A stretch of DNA of 64,000 bases, taken from assembly GCA_002269645.1 (NCBI GenBank), contig NIVC01003802.1, positions 12,210-76,209 on the forward strand, written 5' to 3'. The DNA comes from Macrostomum lignano (Eukaryota). The position numbers and the translations under genes are program-made. The notes beneath the pieces were generated by a model that worked only from the letters and a program-made list of their open reading frames with translations, did no database searches and was not told the origin of the DNA. Of the stretch, positions 49,151-63,382 are shown piece by piece; the stretch's first letter is position 1; every line of letters begins with the position of its first letter.

Positions 49151-50527
49151 TGGTTATAAATTGTCAAACTGGCGAATATTTACTCGGCCTTAATTTAAAA
49201 ATTCATTGAAATGTTTAATCGGTCATATGAGAATTTAATTTTTATTGAAATTTGCAACATTTGATTTGCCTTCTTATTCTTTGTCGACAAAACTTGGCCT
49301 TTTTTGTTTTAAACGCAGCTGCTCGTTTGCTTTTGAGGGCATTGTTGAGAATGCGAAATATTTGTTAAACAAAGCAGATCAATATAAAGTTCCCTCCCTG
49401 CTAATTAGTTTACTCTTTTGTATAAGCTTTTTATTATTATTTAGCTTTTTTATCTGCTCTGCCTTTGCAGATAGTTCACACATTTAATTTATTTGTTACT
49501 TGCACCTGTAAGGCCATTTTTACTGAGCATCCTGTCAGATGCTCGTCTCGAGCTGTCTTAATCTCTGTGCTATTTGGTTAGTTGAGTGCTAATTAATAAA
49601 ACACGCACTATGTAAATTTCAAGATAAATTCCGTAAATTACGATGGAAACCTTTATCGTTGTTTTCGCAATTCTTCTTTTTTGTTTTATTCGTAGAATTA
49701 TCTTAAAAAACATTTTAAGAACTACTTTTGGTATGTAGTAGTATAGTGAAAATTGTGTTGTAGTTGACGGGTGAAATTTTGCGCTTTGATTTGCATCTGT
49801 ATCAAAAGATCCCTGCGAACTTTTTATTTCTAGTGTAGCTGGGTGGACTAAGGCTTCAGATAGCTGAATTAAATTCCTTTTAAAAAGTTTCTTAGGCTTC
49901 TTGCTGCCCGATTTCGAGTTCGAGTTAGGAAAAATATGATTAAAGCTGCTACTTGATCTGTGCTTCAGTGATGATAGCGTCTAAGAACTTTCTGCCAAGC
50001 TCTACGAACGCTCGTAATGACGCACTACAATGATCATCTGGCACATCTGGGTAATCTGAAACTGTACAGTAATTATCTGACGCATCTATCAGTGACCTTC
50101 AGTGATATTATTGGCTGCAGGAGGGCTATGGGCACCCTGACACAGCGCCTTCATGGGTCAGGGTGGAAGAGTTGTAAAATTCCATTTCGTCTCTTGAGCA
50201 ATCTCATATAATGTATACTGCAGGTGATGCGTTTACCTTTAATTACATGTAACCCTTATCCGCCGTGTCGTCGGATCCTTTTTACAAAGAATTTCGATTT
50301 GCTTCCACATGTATTTGATGCAATTTATTAATTCCAGCATCACCGATGAATGACCTGTTTGATAAGCCGAGTTCTCAATTATCAAAGTTTATAATTTATG
50401 CTTGCTCACGGCTTCTTTGTGGCAGTTTAATTAATGCATACTGGAAAATCCATGCCGCATACAAACTTTGTCAGAGTAGTCAAGGGTAGGGATTCATGTC
50501 ACGGGATTAATTACTCCCTTTACTCGA

Positions 50528-51460
50528 TTAGCTAATTAATCTCCCACAAGGGCCGGTTCCGATAAAAGAATGTCCTTTTGTGTCGTGTTCAGCATGATTA
50601 TGGTCGATCAGCTGGTGTGGAACCCGACCGGCCCGCGGGCGAATGACAACAAAGCGCGAAGCACAGGGCCACTGTACCGTACGTTGCGGCCAGAACCTGT
50701 ATTGGGAAGGAAGGTACGGGTCCAACTGCACCGACTGCAGACGGTCGAGAAGCAGCCAATTAAAAAGGTTCGCGGTACAGGACATCAGCGAGACCCCCCG
50801 GTTGTCTTCTTTCCTCGTCGTCCTGGTCTTCTTTAGAATTGGCAAGATTCGCTGTGTGCAGCTCGTGAGCGCGCCGTTCGTCATCACGCTTGCAATTTGG
50901 GAAGCCAAATAGCCAAGCTGCAAAACTTCGACCGGGACTTCGTTCGGCCATAGCGCCTTGCCGCCAGGTGTTTTACGAGCGAAAAACCCCGCGTCTTTTG
51001 TGGTAATTGGGCTGGTGCAGAACTTCTCAGCAGGCGCGTTTAAGATGTCGCGCAATTTCATTCCTGCGCTCCTCCGGAGTGTCGCCGGCCAAGTATCAGG
51101 GCCACGCGCTTTTTGCGTCCAGTCAAGGTCGGCTGCAGTGATGGATCGGATGGCGTCCTCGACAGCAGCCTTCGATCTGCAGCTCATCCAGTAGACGCGT
51201 AAAAAGCCTCAGTTTCTCTTAAGGCGTTCGATTTGAGCTGCGCGTCTATCTGATGGTTGGGTCGCTCCTCTGTCAGTTGCTCACGACGATGCTGGTGTCT
51301 GCATACTCCGCCTCTCACCAAGCGCACCAGCAAAGGCATCCGCAAACTGCCGTTTTGTGCAGGAGTCCAGCAGAATGCGGTACTACCGCCGTGGTCGCTG
51401 CTTAAGTTAGTGGAGCTGGTCGTTGAGTCGACATTCCAAGAATTCCAACATTCCATCGGC
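50528..51460 (-). mobile_element. Degenerate non-LTR retrotransposon (LINE; RTE/CR1-like) reverse-transcriptase N-terminal fragment
   Basis: GKALWPNEVPVEVL ... ILPILKK ... NRGVSLMSCTANLFNWLLLDRL ... LPSQYRFWPQR matches the GKAPGPD/IIPIPKK/NYRGISL/Q.GFRP RT domain 0-2 motifs. It is truncated before the catalytic YADD. Confidence 0.8.
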
Positions 51461-52949
51461 GTACCTCTTTTAGCGCTATCGACTTTTCACTTCAAAAAAC
51501 AAGCCTTCCATGATTTTGTATTTCGACTCTGGATTTTCTTATTATTAAATCTATTTTTGTCACCAATGTGTTTCTGCCGAGTCCAAAAGCGCCATGCCAG
51601 AATAAAGCCGACCAAAAAATGTCCACGTAAATGTCCACTTAAGCCATTTTTCATGGCTTAAGCCGCAGAGAATCGGCACGAATTTGGAATTTCTCACAAG
51701 TCGCTATTGTGAGAATGATTGCGTCAAGTTGTTGCGTTAGCACTGAATTGACCAACGAAATTCTCTTGGGTGCACCAAGAAAATACGCTAGCGCTGTTCC
51801 TGCTAGTCCTGGTGCTTTACTGGGTGCTGCGGACTTCTCTGCCTACCAAAGACGGCATTTGCCTGGCTTGGACTGCCTTTTGTTCCGTGAAGGCAGCGAC
51901 GCCGACTCCAGCTGGCAGGCCACATTATCCGCGCCGGTGCGCAGGCACCCTACTTGCAAAAATACGAGGCACGTGCGGTTTTCACATAGCAGCTTCCTGA
52001 TTCTCAGGTGTGTTCATGGACCCCTCTTTAGATGCCCTAATTAATTGCCTTTATCAGTTCTTATAGAGTAAACTGATTAGACATTCTGTATCAAGATTAC
52101 GCTTGCCAATTGGGCATAGTTATTAGATTAGCTAATTTTTTATTAGTTCCTAGAAAGGCATGGGTTAATCGAATTCCACAGTTAATTGGTTTAGCATTGG
52201 TCTCCTCAGCAGTAGCATGGCCTAAATCAAAATTTAATAAGTGGGCCTGCAAAGATCGCATATGGCAGACCTAAAAACCGAGAAATCCTGGAAAATTTGC
52301 CTGCAGATGGTATTAAGATGCTAATGAATATTGAGGCTCGGTTGAAAAAAAGCAAGCTTCTAGCAACAATTGGATTCAAAAGCCCTGCACAGACACCTTG
52401 AGGAATTATTCAACTTGTAGCCAGAGTGATTTTAATACTTTGCCTGTTTGCTTTATATTTAGCTATATGGTTTTTACTGCGCAAAAACTGAAATCAACGG
52501 ATCATTTTGGTTTATCAAGCGAACATAAATCTCCAAACCTATGCTTTCGCTATCCTCTATCTGTCCACCAGACTGAGTTTAGCTTATGGTCCTCTGTGTC
52601 ATTATTTTACTTTAGCCATGCCTTCAGCTACCTCAGGACCAAACCTCTGCTACATGTACCACGCTGACACGTCAGACCAAAAACACAAAGAAGATTGCTA
52701 TAATGAATTGTTCAATCCAATCTCCTTCCTCCATCATCACTTCCATAGACTTTGATATAAAGTATAAGATAATACCCCCATCAGAATTGTTTCTTTGGTC
52801 TAAAGGATTGGTTTCGGATTGCTTCTCCATAGGCCATAGCCATAATCAGCTCATGAACTACTTCACCTTTTTTCAATTCAATTTTCATCAAAGTCATATT
52901 TAACTTAGTATAGCGGACATTAATCTCACAGTTCTATAGATACAGTGTA

Positions 52950-53225
52950 TCTTAGTGGCCAGAGTGTCAGCCTCACAACTGAAATGTCGGGGTTCGATTC
53001 TCGACCCACTCGGAACAATTCGTGTCATTGAGTAAGACACTTACTTAACTCTGCATTGCTTCAGTTCACCCAGCTGTAAAATGGGTGCCAGCATTAGCTG
53101 GGGTAATCGAGGGTGTGTGTGGCGACCCCCCAGTCCTTGGACTGAACAGCCGTACGCAGCCTTCAGATGCGCCGCGCCAATACCCATTAAAGCAGATGTA
53201 ATAAAATATTAATTATTACTATTAT
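52950..53225 (+). mobile_element. tRNA-derived SINE family B (CORE-like), near full length
   Basis: A-box GTGGCCAGAGTG, B-box GGTTCGATTCT, CORE-like TTGAGTAAGACACTT...CAGTTCACCCAGCTGTAAAATGGG, AT-rich tail. Confidence 0.88.
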
Positions 53226-54854
53226 TTTGAAAGGAGAGCGCTTGATATAGACGACGGTACATGCCAAAGTATCCAAATTGAGTATCACTGTCGAATTTGA
53301 ACGCAGGTTTTTTAATGTGAATTCTGGTTTAATAAGATAAATATAGAACTTTGAAAGTGAATGGCTGTTTTTTTATAAATTGAAAACAACTTTGATTGAA
53401 AATGAACTGAAAAAGGTGTAGAAAGTCGCATTTATTGCTTTCTGGCGAGTCCAGTTCAGCATAGAAGAAGAGGGTTTGCTTTCCAATCTTGGCAACTTGG
53501 AGCCTTCAAATATGGAGATTTCTCCGGATCTACATGTACTTGACTTGTTAATGCAAACTGCTTCAGCAAAAACAGCAGCCGATTCCAGACACTGACAGAA
53601 GAAGACGTTTAGCGAGAGATCGATAGGGAGCTGATCCTTTGCATGCCAACAAGAAGAAAGTCAAAATATAAGGCTATAAATCTTTCCAGTAGCCAGAGAC
53701 TCGTCAACTGGAGAGAAGGCTGTAGAATCGCACAGCGAGCTTCCAGAGCAGAATGCGAGTCTCTCTAGTTTTCAATAAAAAAATAAGATGCGAATTACAG
53801 TCAACACTACAGTGCTTATTTCTAATTTGACTGACCTAGTTTCTCGACTAGAAATGTTTTTTGCTGGTTACATTGCTGATTCGGATTAACTAAGATGTTT
53901 AACTCCATTTAAGCAAGTTTTCTCATTTTTGAACTACGAGTGGTTACTTGATGAATTGCATGTCCTGCTGGCCCGGGTCATATAGTTTAGCCTGCATAAG
54001 TTTGGAGTTTGGACCATCAACTAATTGAAATGTGAAGCCATAAAAAATGCTAGCTAGTAGCTCTGACAGCTGGCTATAGTATACACGATCGAAACAGCGG
54101 ACAGGCAAGTAGCTGCAGAATTTGCTATTAGCTAGCCGATACTATGTGAATTTAGAAATTATGAATCTACTCGTATGTATGCGTGTATTTGGCTTTCTAA
54201 GTCACTGTATTGCGTGTATATCTAGTGCGGCTATAGCTTATTATAATACTGTCTAGAATGTGGTAAATTATGTAACACGATAGGACATGCAGTGCTGCGA
54301 CCAGACTCGGAGAGGGAGAGAGAGAGAAGGTTGAGGAAAATGGTTAAGACGAATCCACTCTATGCAGCCTTCTGTCTTCCCAAGTTCTTGCTTTGAAGAA
54401 GAGTTTCCTGCAGCTGTCAACAAGTTGCGGTTCTGTTTGGCTCCGGGTGGTTTAGTGCAGGGTTGGCCCACTCGATCTGTTTTGCTGATTGCACATGCTG
54501 CAACCATGCAGCATTGACTATCAGCAATGGGTTAGCTAGTGCTGAAGTCTGATGCATTTGAGGGAGAAAAGCTTTCCAACCAGTCAAGCTAAATTGCCAT
54601 TTTAAAAGTCACTGATCTTGGTTGATAGGTAACTAAACGTTTTCCCCATGCACTGGTGCACGGCTTTGTTGAAATTTTTCCACCTGTGTGATAAGTACAT
54701 GCTTACTAGCAATTGACAATTCGACCATCATTGTGGAATTAGCAGAACGTCGATATGGGGTAATTCTGCCTTTTTAAGGCAGATTAAATAGTTGGAGACC
54801 AACTTTAGAATGAAAAACTGTCTGCAAGCAACATGAGTTGATGGCTATGCTATT

Positions 54855-55080
54855 TAGGACTTCTGGTTGTACAATGTGCTTCAGGACTTCTGGTTTCACA
54901 GTGTGGTTCAAGATTTCTGGTTGCACAGGGGGGGGGGTTCAGGACCTTTGGATGCACAATGGGGTTCAGGACTTCTGGTTGCACAATGGGTTTCAGGACT
55001 TCTGCTTGCACAATGGGGTTCAGGACTTCTGGTTGCACAAGGGGTTTCAGGACTTCTGGGTGCACAATGGGGTGCAGGGC
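54855..55080. repeat. 30-bp minisatellite (TTCAGGACTTCTGGTTGCACAATGGGG...)
   Basis: Direct reading. Confidence 0.9.
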
Positions 55081-56139
55081 TCCATGACTTTTACGCTTTT
55101 ATCCTGATCCTAATCCTTGGGATGACATGCTCGTAAAATTTTTACGAGCATATTGCAAATTGTCACGATATGTCCAGGTAATCAGCAGGCATCCCTCTTA
55201 AAGGGATGAGAGGCTGCTCAAAAGACCTCATCAAGAGCACGATTTGGCCAGTCCCTCTCTCCGGACTCCTAATCATCTTATACTTAACGCCAGTTCTCTC
55301 AGTCAGTCAAAGTACGAGTAACTCAAGCACTCAGCACGAAAAGCTTCCGTTGTTAAATCCAAAAGACCAAATTCTTCCAGAACTAATCTCCATTCCAATC
55401 AGTAATTTCGTAACTTAATTATCTTTATTTTCCCAATAGGCTGGAACGGGTCTGAAAGTCCCATAATTTGCCCGAGAGGGACAAGTCCTCCAATATCAGT
55501 GTTGGCCAAGAGGGAAAAATTGCCACGCAGCTGAGGGGATTCATAATCCATTATTGGGCGCAATCAGGAAGGTTGGCTGGTTCTAATTTTGTCTCCCAGG
55601 AGTCATCCTCGCCAGTCTTGTGTGCGCGCGGGAGGGCGAGCCGCTATTGAAGCTTTTAAAACCTGTTGCTGAGAGAGAGGGGGCCTTTACGTGAAAAAAA
55701 ATACATTGACACTTCAAACTCGTCTTGCCTTTCGCGCTACAGTCCCACTGCTTGTCTGCTGACTGACGCTGAGAAAGATCACGGATGATCTGTGGGGGGA
55801 GAGGCGCTTTCACGAGATCCAACTTTCGCATCGCCTTAAATTTCAGAAGCGAATTTTTTGTTTAATTAATTAAGTAGCTAAGATTTTCATAAACTATGCC
55901 TAAACTGGCGAAGTTTAGGCGTATGCGAGAGGTTGCTTAACTTTAGTGAATGTTATTAAATTTAGGTCTTGTGAAACTTAAGTCTTAAGACTCGTTTACA
56001 CTGCTATTATATGAGGCAAGAGAAATTTTAGTCGCCAATCTTTCTGAGTCATCAATGCTTTCTCATTGCGTAGAGCGAACTTATTGTCGCCTAAATTTAT
56101 CGCTGTAGTGTGCTTGAGCCCCCTCCAGGGAAAAATCCG

Positions 56140-56490
56140 TAGTGAGGAATTCCCTTTTTGCCTCTCCGGTGTCGAAAATGCAGAGCACTTCATCTGTGAA
56201 TGCTCCACCTTTACTCAGGACAGGCTCACGTACCTCGGCACAAATTCAGACTTTTCCTGTGTTTTTATGATCGATGAATCTCTGCTAGCTCGTCCGCCAC
56301 CTAAGGGCTAATCGGGCGAGCGATCATCCACCTGCATGGACTCTCCGGAGGGACACGTACTGGCACCACGGCGGATCTCCCTGCCAGGGGTTAGCGGAAT
56401 GGGCGTCAACGCCTTCCCGCCCGCTGTATCCGGATGCCCGGAACCCCCTGCAGCTGAGTCAAGTCAGACCAAGTGCTTGAGCTCCTAAGG
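56140..56490 (+). mobile_element. 5'-truncated LINE 3' end: ORF2 C-terminal CCHC zinc-knuckle remnant plus 3' UTR
   Basis: PFCLSGVENAEHFICECSTFTQDRLTYLG fits the non-LTR ORF2 C-terminal C..E..EH....C motif; stop at 56311, followed by a GC-rich structured UTR. Confidence 0.65.
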
Positions 56491-56867
56491 GAATCGAAGC
56501 CGCAATATGCGGGTTCACCGTGATTCTGGATTTATCCAAGAACCCATGAAATGGTCTGGCAGATACTGCGAACTTCAAGAACGAATATCCATTATCAAAA
56601 TAGGCCAGAGCTAGCTTGCTTTCCTATTGAATTATTTATTAAAACCAACTTTGGCAACTGAATTTCATATTTCAAATTGCTAACTGTAGTTCTGTATATA
56701 TTTCGGCCGGTTCACACTAATTTTATATTGCTCAAATCAATTTAAGATGGGTCTGAAACAACTGTACATTTATTTGAGCAATCTTTGACCCACGGAACTA
56801 CATTTACTAGCGTTAATGTGAACCGGCCTTATGCTGCCAAGCGCTCTCGAATCTCATCTTTGAATTT

Positions 56868-57228
56868 TTTAGAGACAGGGGCCGCGAGCACCCTGGCGCA
56901 CTTTAAGCGAACTTGTCACACAACTGGTGAGAGGCATAAAACTGCCCATTCCTCCGAATCCCCTGAGCCGACACACAAGCGCGCGGATACGTACATGTAC
57001 GCAGTCATACACACAGGCACACACTCACACAGAATATACACACTTTATTTTTATCGTTAGGCATGTACACTTCACAGCGCCTTGGGGGTTGGCCCTCAAG
57101 CCCGTAAATTGCACGAGCAGAGCCAAGCCTTGATTCCAATTTAGCCGAAAATAATGCGACTGCACTTGGAATCGAGCCTGGGCCGCTGGCACATCAGATC
57201 GCCGCGCCAGACCACTGGACTACGGCCG
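56868..57228 (-). mobile_element. tRNA-derived SINE family A, copy 4
   Basis: Reverse complement of the family A head, body and tail. Confidence 0.87.
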
Positions 57229-58755
57229 CCGCATCTCTTTAATCAGCGAGTGCTTCTATTTTCAAAGAATTGTTATGCACCTGACGTACTCTAAAAGTCT
57301 CTGGTATAAGCTGCATGCTAGCTCTTATAGTTCACTTGTTGAATCTAGCATTCTCCGTAGCTCCCTTGTCACTTACTTATTTCCCTTCTCCCTCCGCAGC
57401 ACACCGGACGAGGACCTGTCCTGGATGTCGTGTTTGGTCTGAAAACAACCGGAGAGAAAGCAGGCTGAGAACCCACTAGAGAGCAGGGGAGGAGGACAAC
57501 TGGATGAGAAATGGACGCCCGCACTCCAAATTCAGGGTTTGGTTTGGTACGGCGGGAGGAGCTCGCTGGCCACTTAATGATTGGGGTTGCTGACTTTGGA
57601 AGATGAAGGACGAGAGAGTCGGATTTTTACGTATAGCTGAGTGTATATTTGAGCTGCAATAGTTGTAGGCCCCACTAAAATCCCTTCTAAAGCGCAGCCT
57701 TTAGTTGCTAAGCAAACTGGTTGGTTAGCTTGTCCCAAACTTCTGCAAACGGCTGTCAATGGGTGAGGCATTCCGTTAGTGTTACCTGAACAGCGGCTCT
57801 CATGGGTCATAATGAAATCTGATGCTGCACTGACTGATTCGTCTAATAAAAGTGCTTCAGCTTTCTGCTTTTCTTTGCGCAGTTTTTTGTCGAAAATCAC
57901 TTCATTACCCAGACTCTACAGACGTACATGTAATAGCGTAGTTTATAGCGTCAATCGACATAAAAAGAGATGCGACGTCTTTTTGAGCGATGCAATTGCT
58001 AATATTTTCTATGCAAACAGAATATTGTGTCCCTGATTCGGAACTAAGTTAATATAAACGAGCGCTGCTAAATGACTTTCTCTAAAATTGGTGGTAGAAA
58101 AAAGCCAACGCTACGTCACAAAGCTGATCTCGTCATACATGTAGTTTCTGTCCGCCAGTTGCCATGCGGAAGAGTTTTTTTCCTGGCAGATCATTCCCAT
58201 CAGCCATTGAACATTTCCAGACCTTTCGCCGCAGTCATTATTAGAAATTTCAGCATCCGGCAGAACAGATCAGAACAGTTCGTGGCCGGCACCACCTATA
58301 AAACCAACCGATTAAGGCCGAAAATCGCACTGTTTTATGCTTACGATCGTATAATAATTTTCGATTCCGTTAAACCAGCGACTATAGATTTCGTTTGTTG
58401 TTAAAAAAACCGTCGTGGGAAGTAGGCTAAAAAACTATCGTCTGTAGATCGAACCATAAGAGAACATAAGAGCGATACAAATGTGGTACTCACGATCCCT
58501 TTACATATCCAACTATAGCTTGAATTGAACAACATCAAAACTATAGATTTACTGCTTATAGAATGTTTGTTGCTATTCAAATATTGTGCAGTTTGAATAC
58601 GGAACACGACATTACGGAGTTTGCTGGGATTTACGGGTCTGTGGAGTGCATAGTTCTGATAGTGGATAGATATTGCGGTGCATTATCGATTGGTATTATA
58701 TAGATATACTGTTGCTCCGTTTCAGTGTTCGACATCATCGTCATGCCAGCTCGAA

Positions 58756-60066
58756 TCAAGCAGTTGTAGTGACGATGTCCGCGGCTGCAGCCGGCGTGTT
58801 GACGCTGCGCAGAGCCACCGTCTCGTCCTGTTGCCGTGTTGGCTGGCGACCGCACTGGCGACCGCACAGTTCCGTGACTCGATCCAGCTTGACTAGGCGC
58901 GACAGATCCTGGCGAAACTTGCGATTCGAGATGCTGTAGATGAATATATTGATGAAGCTGTCAAATAGTGTGGCAAACTTCGACATGTGGACGATGATGG
59001 CGTCGATATTTCTGTCGGGTATGCGGTCCTCGAGGATTTTGCTGACAAACAAAGGAAATTCCAGGACGAGAAAGGTGACGCACAGCACGATCACAAGCAG
59101 ATTGCCTCTTGAGGCCTGCTGCTCCGCTGCAGACTGCTGCTGCTGGCCCCCGTGACTCGCCGATATTGTTGCCGGGTTTGCTTTCTGCTTCTTCAAAGCT
59201 TGCTTTAGCCGCCTGTGCCTGCGCAGGCCAAGCATGATGCAGCAGCTGAAGATGCAGACGGTCAGATGGGCCCGCCAGTCTGGAACACCAGCAGAGTGGC
59301 GATCTGGTAGGCAACTTTAAACCCGCTGTAGTGCTGCCTGCGAAGTCGGAGCTCCAGCGAGTCGAGCGAATAGATCGCAGCGTTGCGATCGCAGGCGACG
59401 CAGCTGAAGTGGATGACCCGCGGCAGGGAGATCAGGAAAGAAGCGGCCACAACTGCCACAATGATGGCGTGGACCCTAGCCACACTAGTGAAGACCTTCA
59501 CTGGGTTCATAGCTCGGCACACCGCCTCGTAGCGAAACGTCGAGATGACCACGATAATCCAGTTGCGAGCAATATGGAAGCAAGTCTGCAACACAATCAA
59601 CAGGTTGATGGCCAGACAAAAGAAGATGCTTGGTCCCAAGCCGGGGAATGAGATGGCCGAGCTAAACAGGCAATACTCAGTGATGTGGTACATCAGGAAG
59701 AAAAAATGAAATAATATCTCAATTAGTGACAGCGACTTCAGCAACAGAACCACAATGCGCTGCGTTAGAGCCGCTCCACGCTCCTGCTTCCTGAAAATAA
59801 TAAACGAAGCGTGTTGTTGACTATGTTCAGTGCGTTAACGATGCAGAACAATGTCGAATAGGGACGGATGCTGTTGGCGAAATAACAGTTCCGCTGCTGA
59901 ATCTCGGAGCAGAAATCCTTGGTGCCAAGGCAGAGCAGCGGGTTGAGCCAGCCGGGCCAGAAAAGCCAGCTGTGCCGGCTCTGCAGTGAGGACTGGTTGC
60001 CCGAGCAATAAGCGGCGCTTGAGTTGCAGGTGGTCCCTGGCTGATGTTCAGAACTGGGCACGCCAT
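58756..60066 (-). pseudogene. Single-exon class A peptide-receptor-like GPCR interrupted by three 1-nt deletions (pseudogene or consensus error)
   Basis: The frames join as MACPVLNISQG|TTCNSS...NNTL|FIIFRKQ...STFRYEAVC...QTGGPI|LTVCIFSCCIML...NIFIY. Shifts lie near 60036, 59807 and 59265, with no in-frame stops in the reconstructed path. Confidence 0.8.
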
Positions 60067-62708
60067 GCAGCTGTTTTTGTCACTTGGTCATTGATGAAGA
60101 TTCGAACCGGTCACTTGTCAAGCACTGGGCTGTAGCAGATATCCAACTTTTTATAGACATCCCCGCTCCGTTTCCCTCTGGCCAATTTATCACACGCAAT
60201 CGATGCTTTGGCTCAACGTCCGCGCCCGTCAACAGGATTGAGCGGAATGAGCCCGTTCAGCCAATGGCGATTGACGGCCTAGCCCTAAGTCCAATTGCCT
60301 GCGCTTTGCTAGTTTCGAAGCCATATGTAGCTCGAAGATAGGTTAATTTTTACTACTACTACTAATAGTAGTGTTTGGCGCGATATAAACTATTATTAAC
60401 CCTGATCAAAATATTTAATTGCAACTACGAGAGTTATCTACGACAAATACAATTTTTTATGAGTACATTCCTAAGGAACGGCATTGATGCATGTACATCA
60501 GAGTGCAGCACTCGGAGATAAGTAATGAATTTCGCTTAGACTCAATTTTGAAGCTTTAATTAATTTTGCCATTTTTATCGTCGCTTTTTGCAAAAATTTA
60601 GAAAAGGAGGATTTTAAATTTATTTTAATTGGATAGCATTATTCAATATATTTAAATTGTAGCAATAGATTGATTTTTAGACATAATTGCAAATGCACCC
60701 CCTCTGCGTTGCATTTTAATGGACTATTCTTGTTAAATCTGAGAAGCAGCATCTGCAGTGTTAGAAATTGCCAGGTGCAGATAAATAAGCTCTGCGCTAA
60801 TGAATAATAGATTATTTCGCCGATTCAGATTTAAAGTACTTTTAAATCTTGTGTGTGCGAGGCAATTAGGTGCTTGGGACTGGTGCATGATTTATACTTG
60901 TTATTATTAGCTTTATTAGTTCACTAAATGTCATCTTCAGCAGCTATAGCTTCATCCAATCAGCACCCGATTCTCCGAACCAAGCCGCACAGCTTATCCG
61001 TCTATGTGCTTTAACGAGTGAGGCTTTAAAAATCTAAATATCGAAGATTAATTTATGCCATTTACATCATCATAAAACTGCACCATAACTGCATCATAAA
61101 AACCGACAAGCTACAATTGCTTCGAAGAATATTTTTCTGCATACTGGGAAATTTGTCTATCCGCCGATATTTGAGGTTGTGCTCAAATCCGTGGTGTATT
61201 TAATTTTTTGTTTTAATGACGATAAGTCATAAGTGAGAAACAAATTGAATAATTTTTAGCGTTCAAAGATAAATTCAATTTTTTCAATTAATAGGCCAAG
61301 TATTATAATTAGTTATTTAATTACTTTGTTAATCTGCTTTCTACATACATTTTTACTGTATTACTGTCTAGTATAGTATAGCCACAGTTTACAGTTTTGT
61401 TCGCGGAAGAAATCCTTCATACGCTCGTAAAATCTACCATTCTTATCGGCTGCATATATGAGCATAAAAGAATGCTAATATGACTAACTAGATGGATTTA
61501 AATAATTTTAGCTCGTATAATGCTTTTTATTTCATTGATGCACCCCATACGCAAGAAGCAAGTTGATTTCATGTAGCAAAAGACTTCTTTGAATAACAGA
61601 ACATTATTCTATTTGATTCCGTACTTGCATAAAATTTAATTTCTATATATTGCTAATAGATCCGATTTTTTCCGTAGAAAACCGAGCATCGTAGCCAGTA
61701 TAGATTTGCTCAAAAGTTCCACTTTAATTTCCTACTTTTCATCTGTTTCTTCACACAAAATTTGTCAAGAAGAAAAACCACGATTTTTAAAACCTGTATG
61801 TCTGTCGACCGATTCTTAATAATCATTCATCTTTAAAAATCGAGTTTTATATGTATTCTTTCTGTTTTACAATTATATACCTGGATTCGCTGCAATTTGT
61901 TACTTTATCGCAGTTTTGCCTTTACAGTTCAATTTAAACTCATAGAAAAATTTGACACATTTATTGCGATATCATTTTGGAAAGATTGTATTTTTGGAGG
62001 ATATCGACCGCGCATTATATTTTATTAATTTTAAGACGGCTAAAAAGTACATGTAGTAATCGCACTATATCTCATCGCCTATGGACTCAGCTATATCTCA
62101 GATAGTATATTATAACTTATAAGACAGAAGCTTATAAGACGAAGATAATCTTTCGTAAAATACACTACCTATCTTAACGAAGACAGCTAGCTGCGGCTAC
62201 ATATTCGATGAGTTATATATGTAATATCCTTTCAGAACATGCGATGCGACCTGCAATGGGCTGCTTAAGGAAGTGCAATTTTGTCCCTCTTGGACTCGTC
62301 GACGGGCATTAAATTATTCATACAGGCCCTGTGTATTAACCCGCTTCTTCGACGGTACGATCTGTGGGTACTCACTTCATATAGCTATAATTCGTGATTT
62401 TACGTCACAGGAAACGTGTAATTCGCAGGAGCGCATTTGATGCTGCCCAAATCGATGCGTCGGTCGAACCGCAGCAAGCAATGCGTGGAAAAGTAAATAG
62501 TTCTATAGCACATCATGAATGAGTACGAATTGGTATACATGCTCACACATGGTGTTCAGTAGCTCCGACTTGCTCATCGTTAGGCAAGTCCGGTACATGC
62601 ACGCACTGGTGTACCGTTAGCATACCGATATAACAAACCTAAATTTTAAATTATCTCGGACACGAATCGTGCATGACTAAATTCCAGACCAGGCCCATAT
62701 GAATTTAG

Positions 62709-63196
62709 TCACACTGTCAAAAGAGACAGACACATATGGAGCGTACATTGCAAATAATGATCACTGGAAGCCGCGGATTTTATAGCTGCGAAATGAACTA
62801 ATCGTTTTTCTATTCTGCTCGGCGGTTCGTCGACTGCCTGCTGCTGACGCCAGCGATATCCGTATTCGGTCGTCGGCGTGGCCAATTCGTTCGCAACCTG
62901 GCCTAGACGCTTGCCTTCGAAGTACTCTGACAGTATTTCCGTAGATAAACTGGTGAACCAACTGGTATCTGCATGGCTGACTAGAGGCTTGACACCTGAG
63001 CGTCGTTCTTGTGCCGAACGGCTTCAAATAGATTAACAATTTTACAAATTTCATGACGAGACGAACAGCTGGCGAGATCAAACACGAATACGTCGGCTTC
63101 TAACTGATTATACAAGGTCTGTAAATCATGATGGTTATAAGTTGCATAAACTGTTTTGAGGGAGCTTTGCCCCGACCTGTAACGAGAATCCGCCAT
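62709..63196 (-). CDS. Putative small unknown protein (~162 aa if one 1-nt deletion near 62995 is corrected)
   Basis: MADSRYRSG...RHKNDAQ continues in a shifted open frame GVKPLVSHADTSWF...SLLTV*. A minus-strand TATATAAAAG lies at 63382-63373. Confidence 0.35.
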
Positions 63197-63372
63197 CTAC
63201 CTCCCGATAGTATATGCACCGTAGTGGCCGTCTCTGAGGCCACTTTTTTGTTTCATAATTAATGCATTTCTCTCAACCGAATGTCAGATACATGTAGATG
63301 TCTCAGACGGGAAGTGTCGAAGCGTGTGCTCAGTACAAGCCGGACTGTCTGCCTGTCCCGCCCAGACTAGTG

Positions 63373-63382
63373 CTTTTATATA
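63373..63382 (-). promoter_or_regulatory. TATA box upstream of the 63196 ORF
   Basis: TATATAAAAG, ~180 nt upstream of the ATG. Confidence 0.4.
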
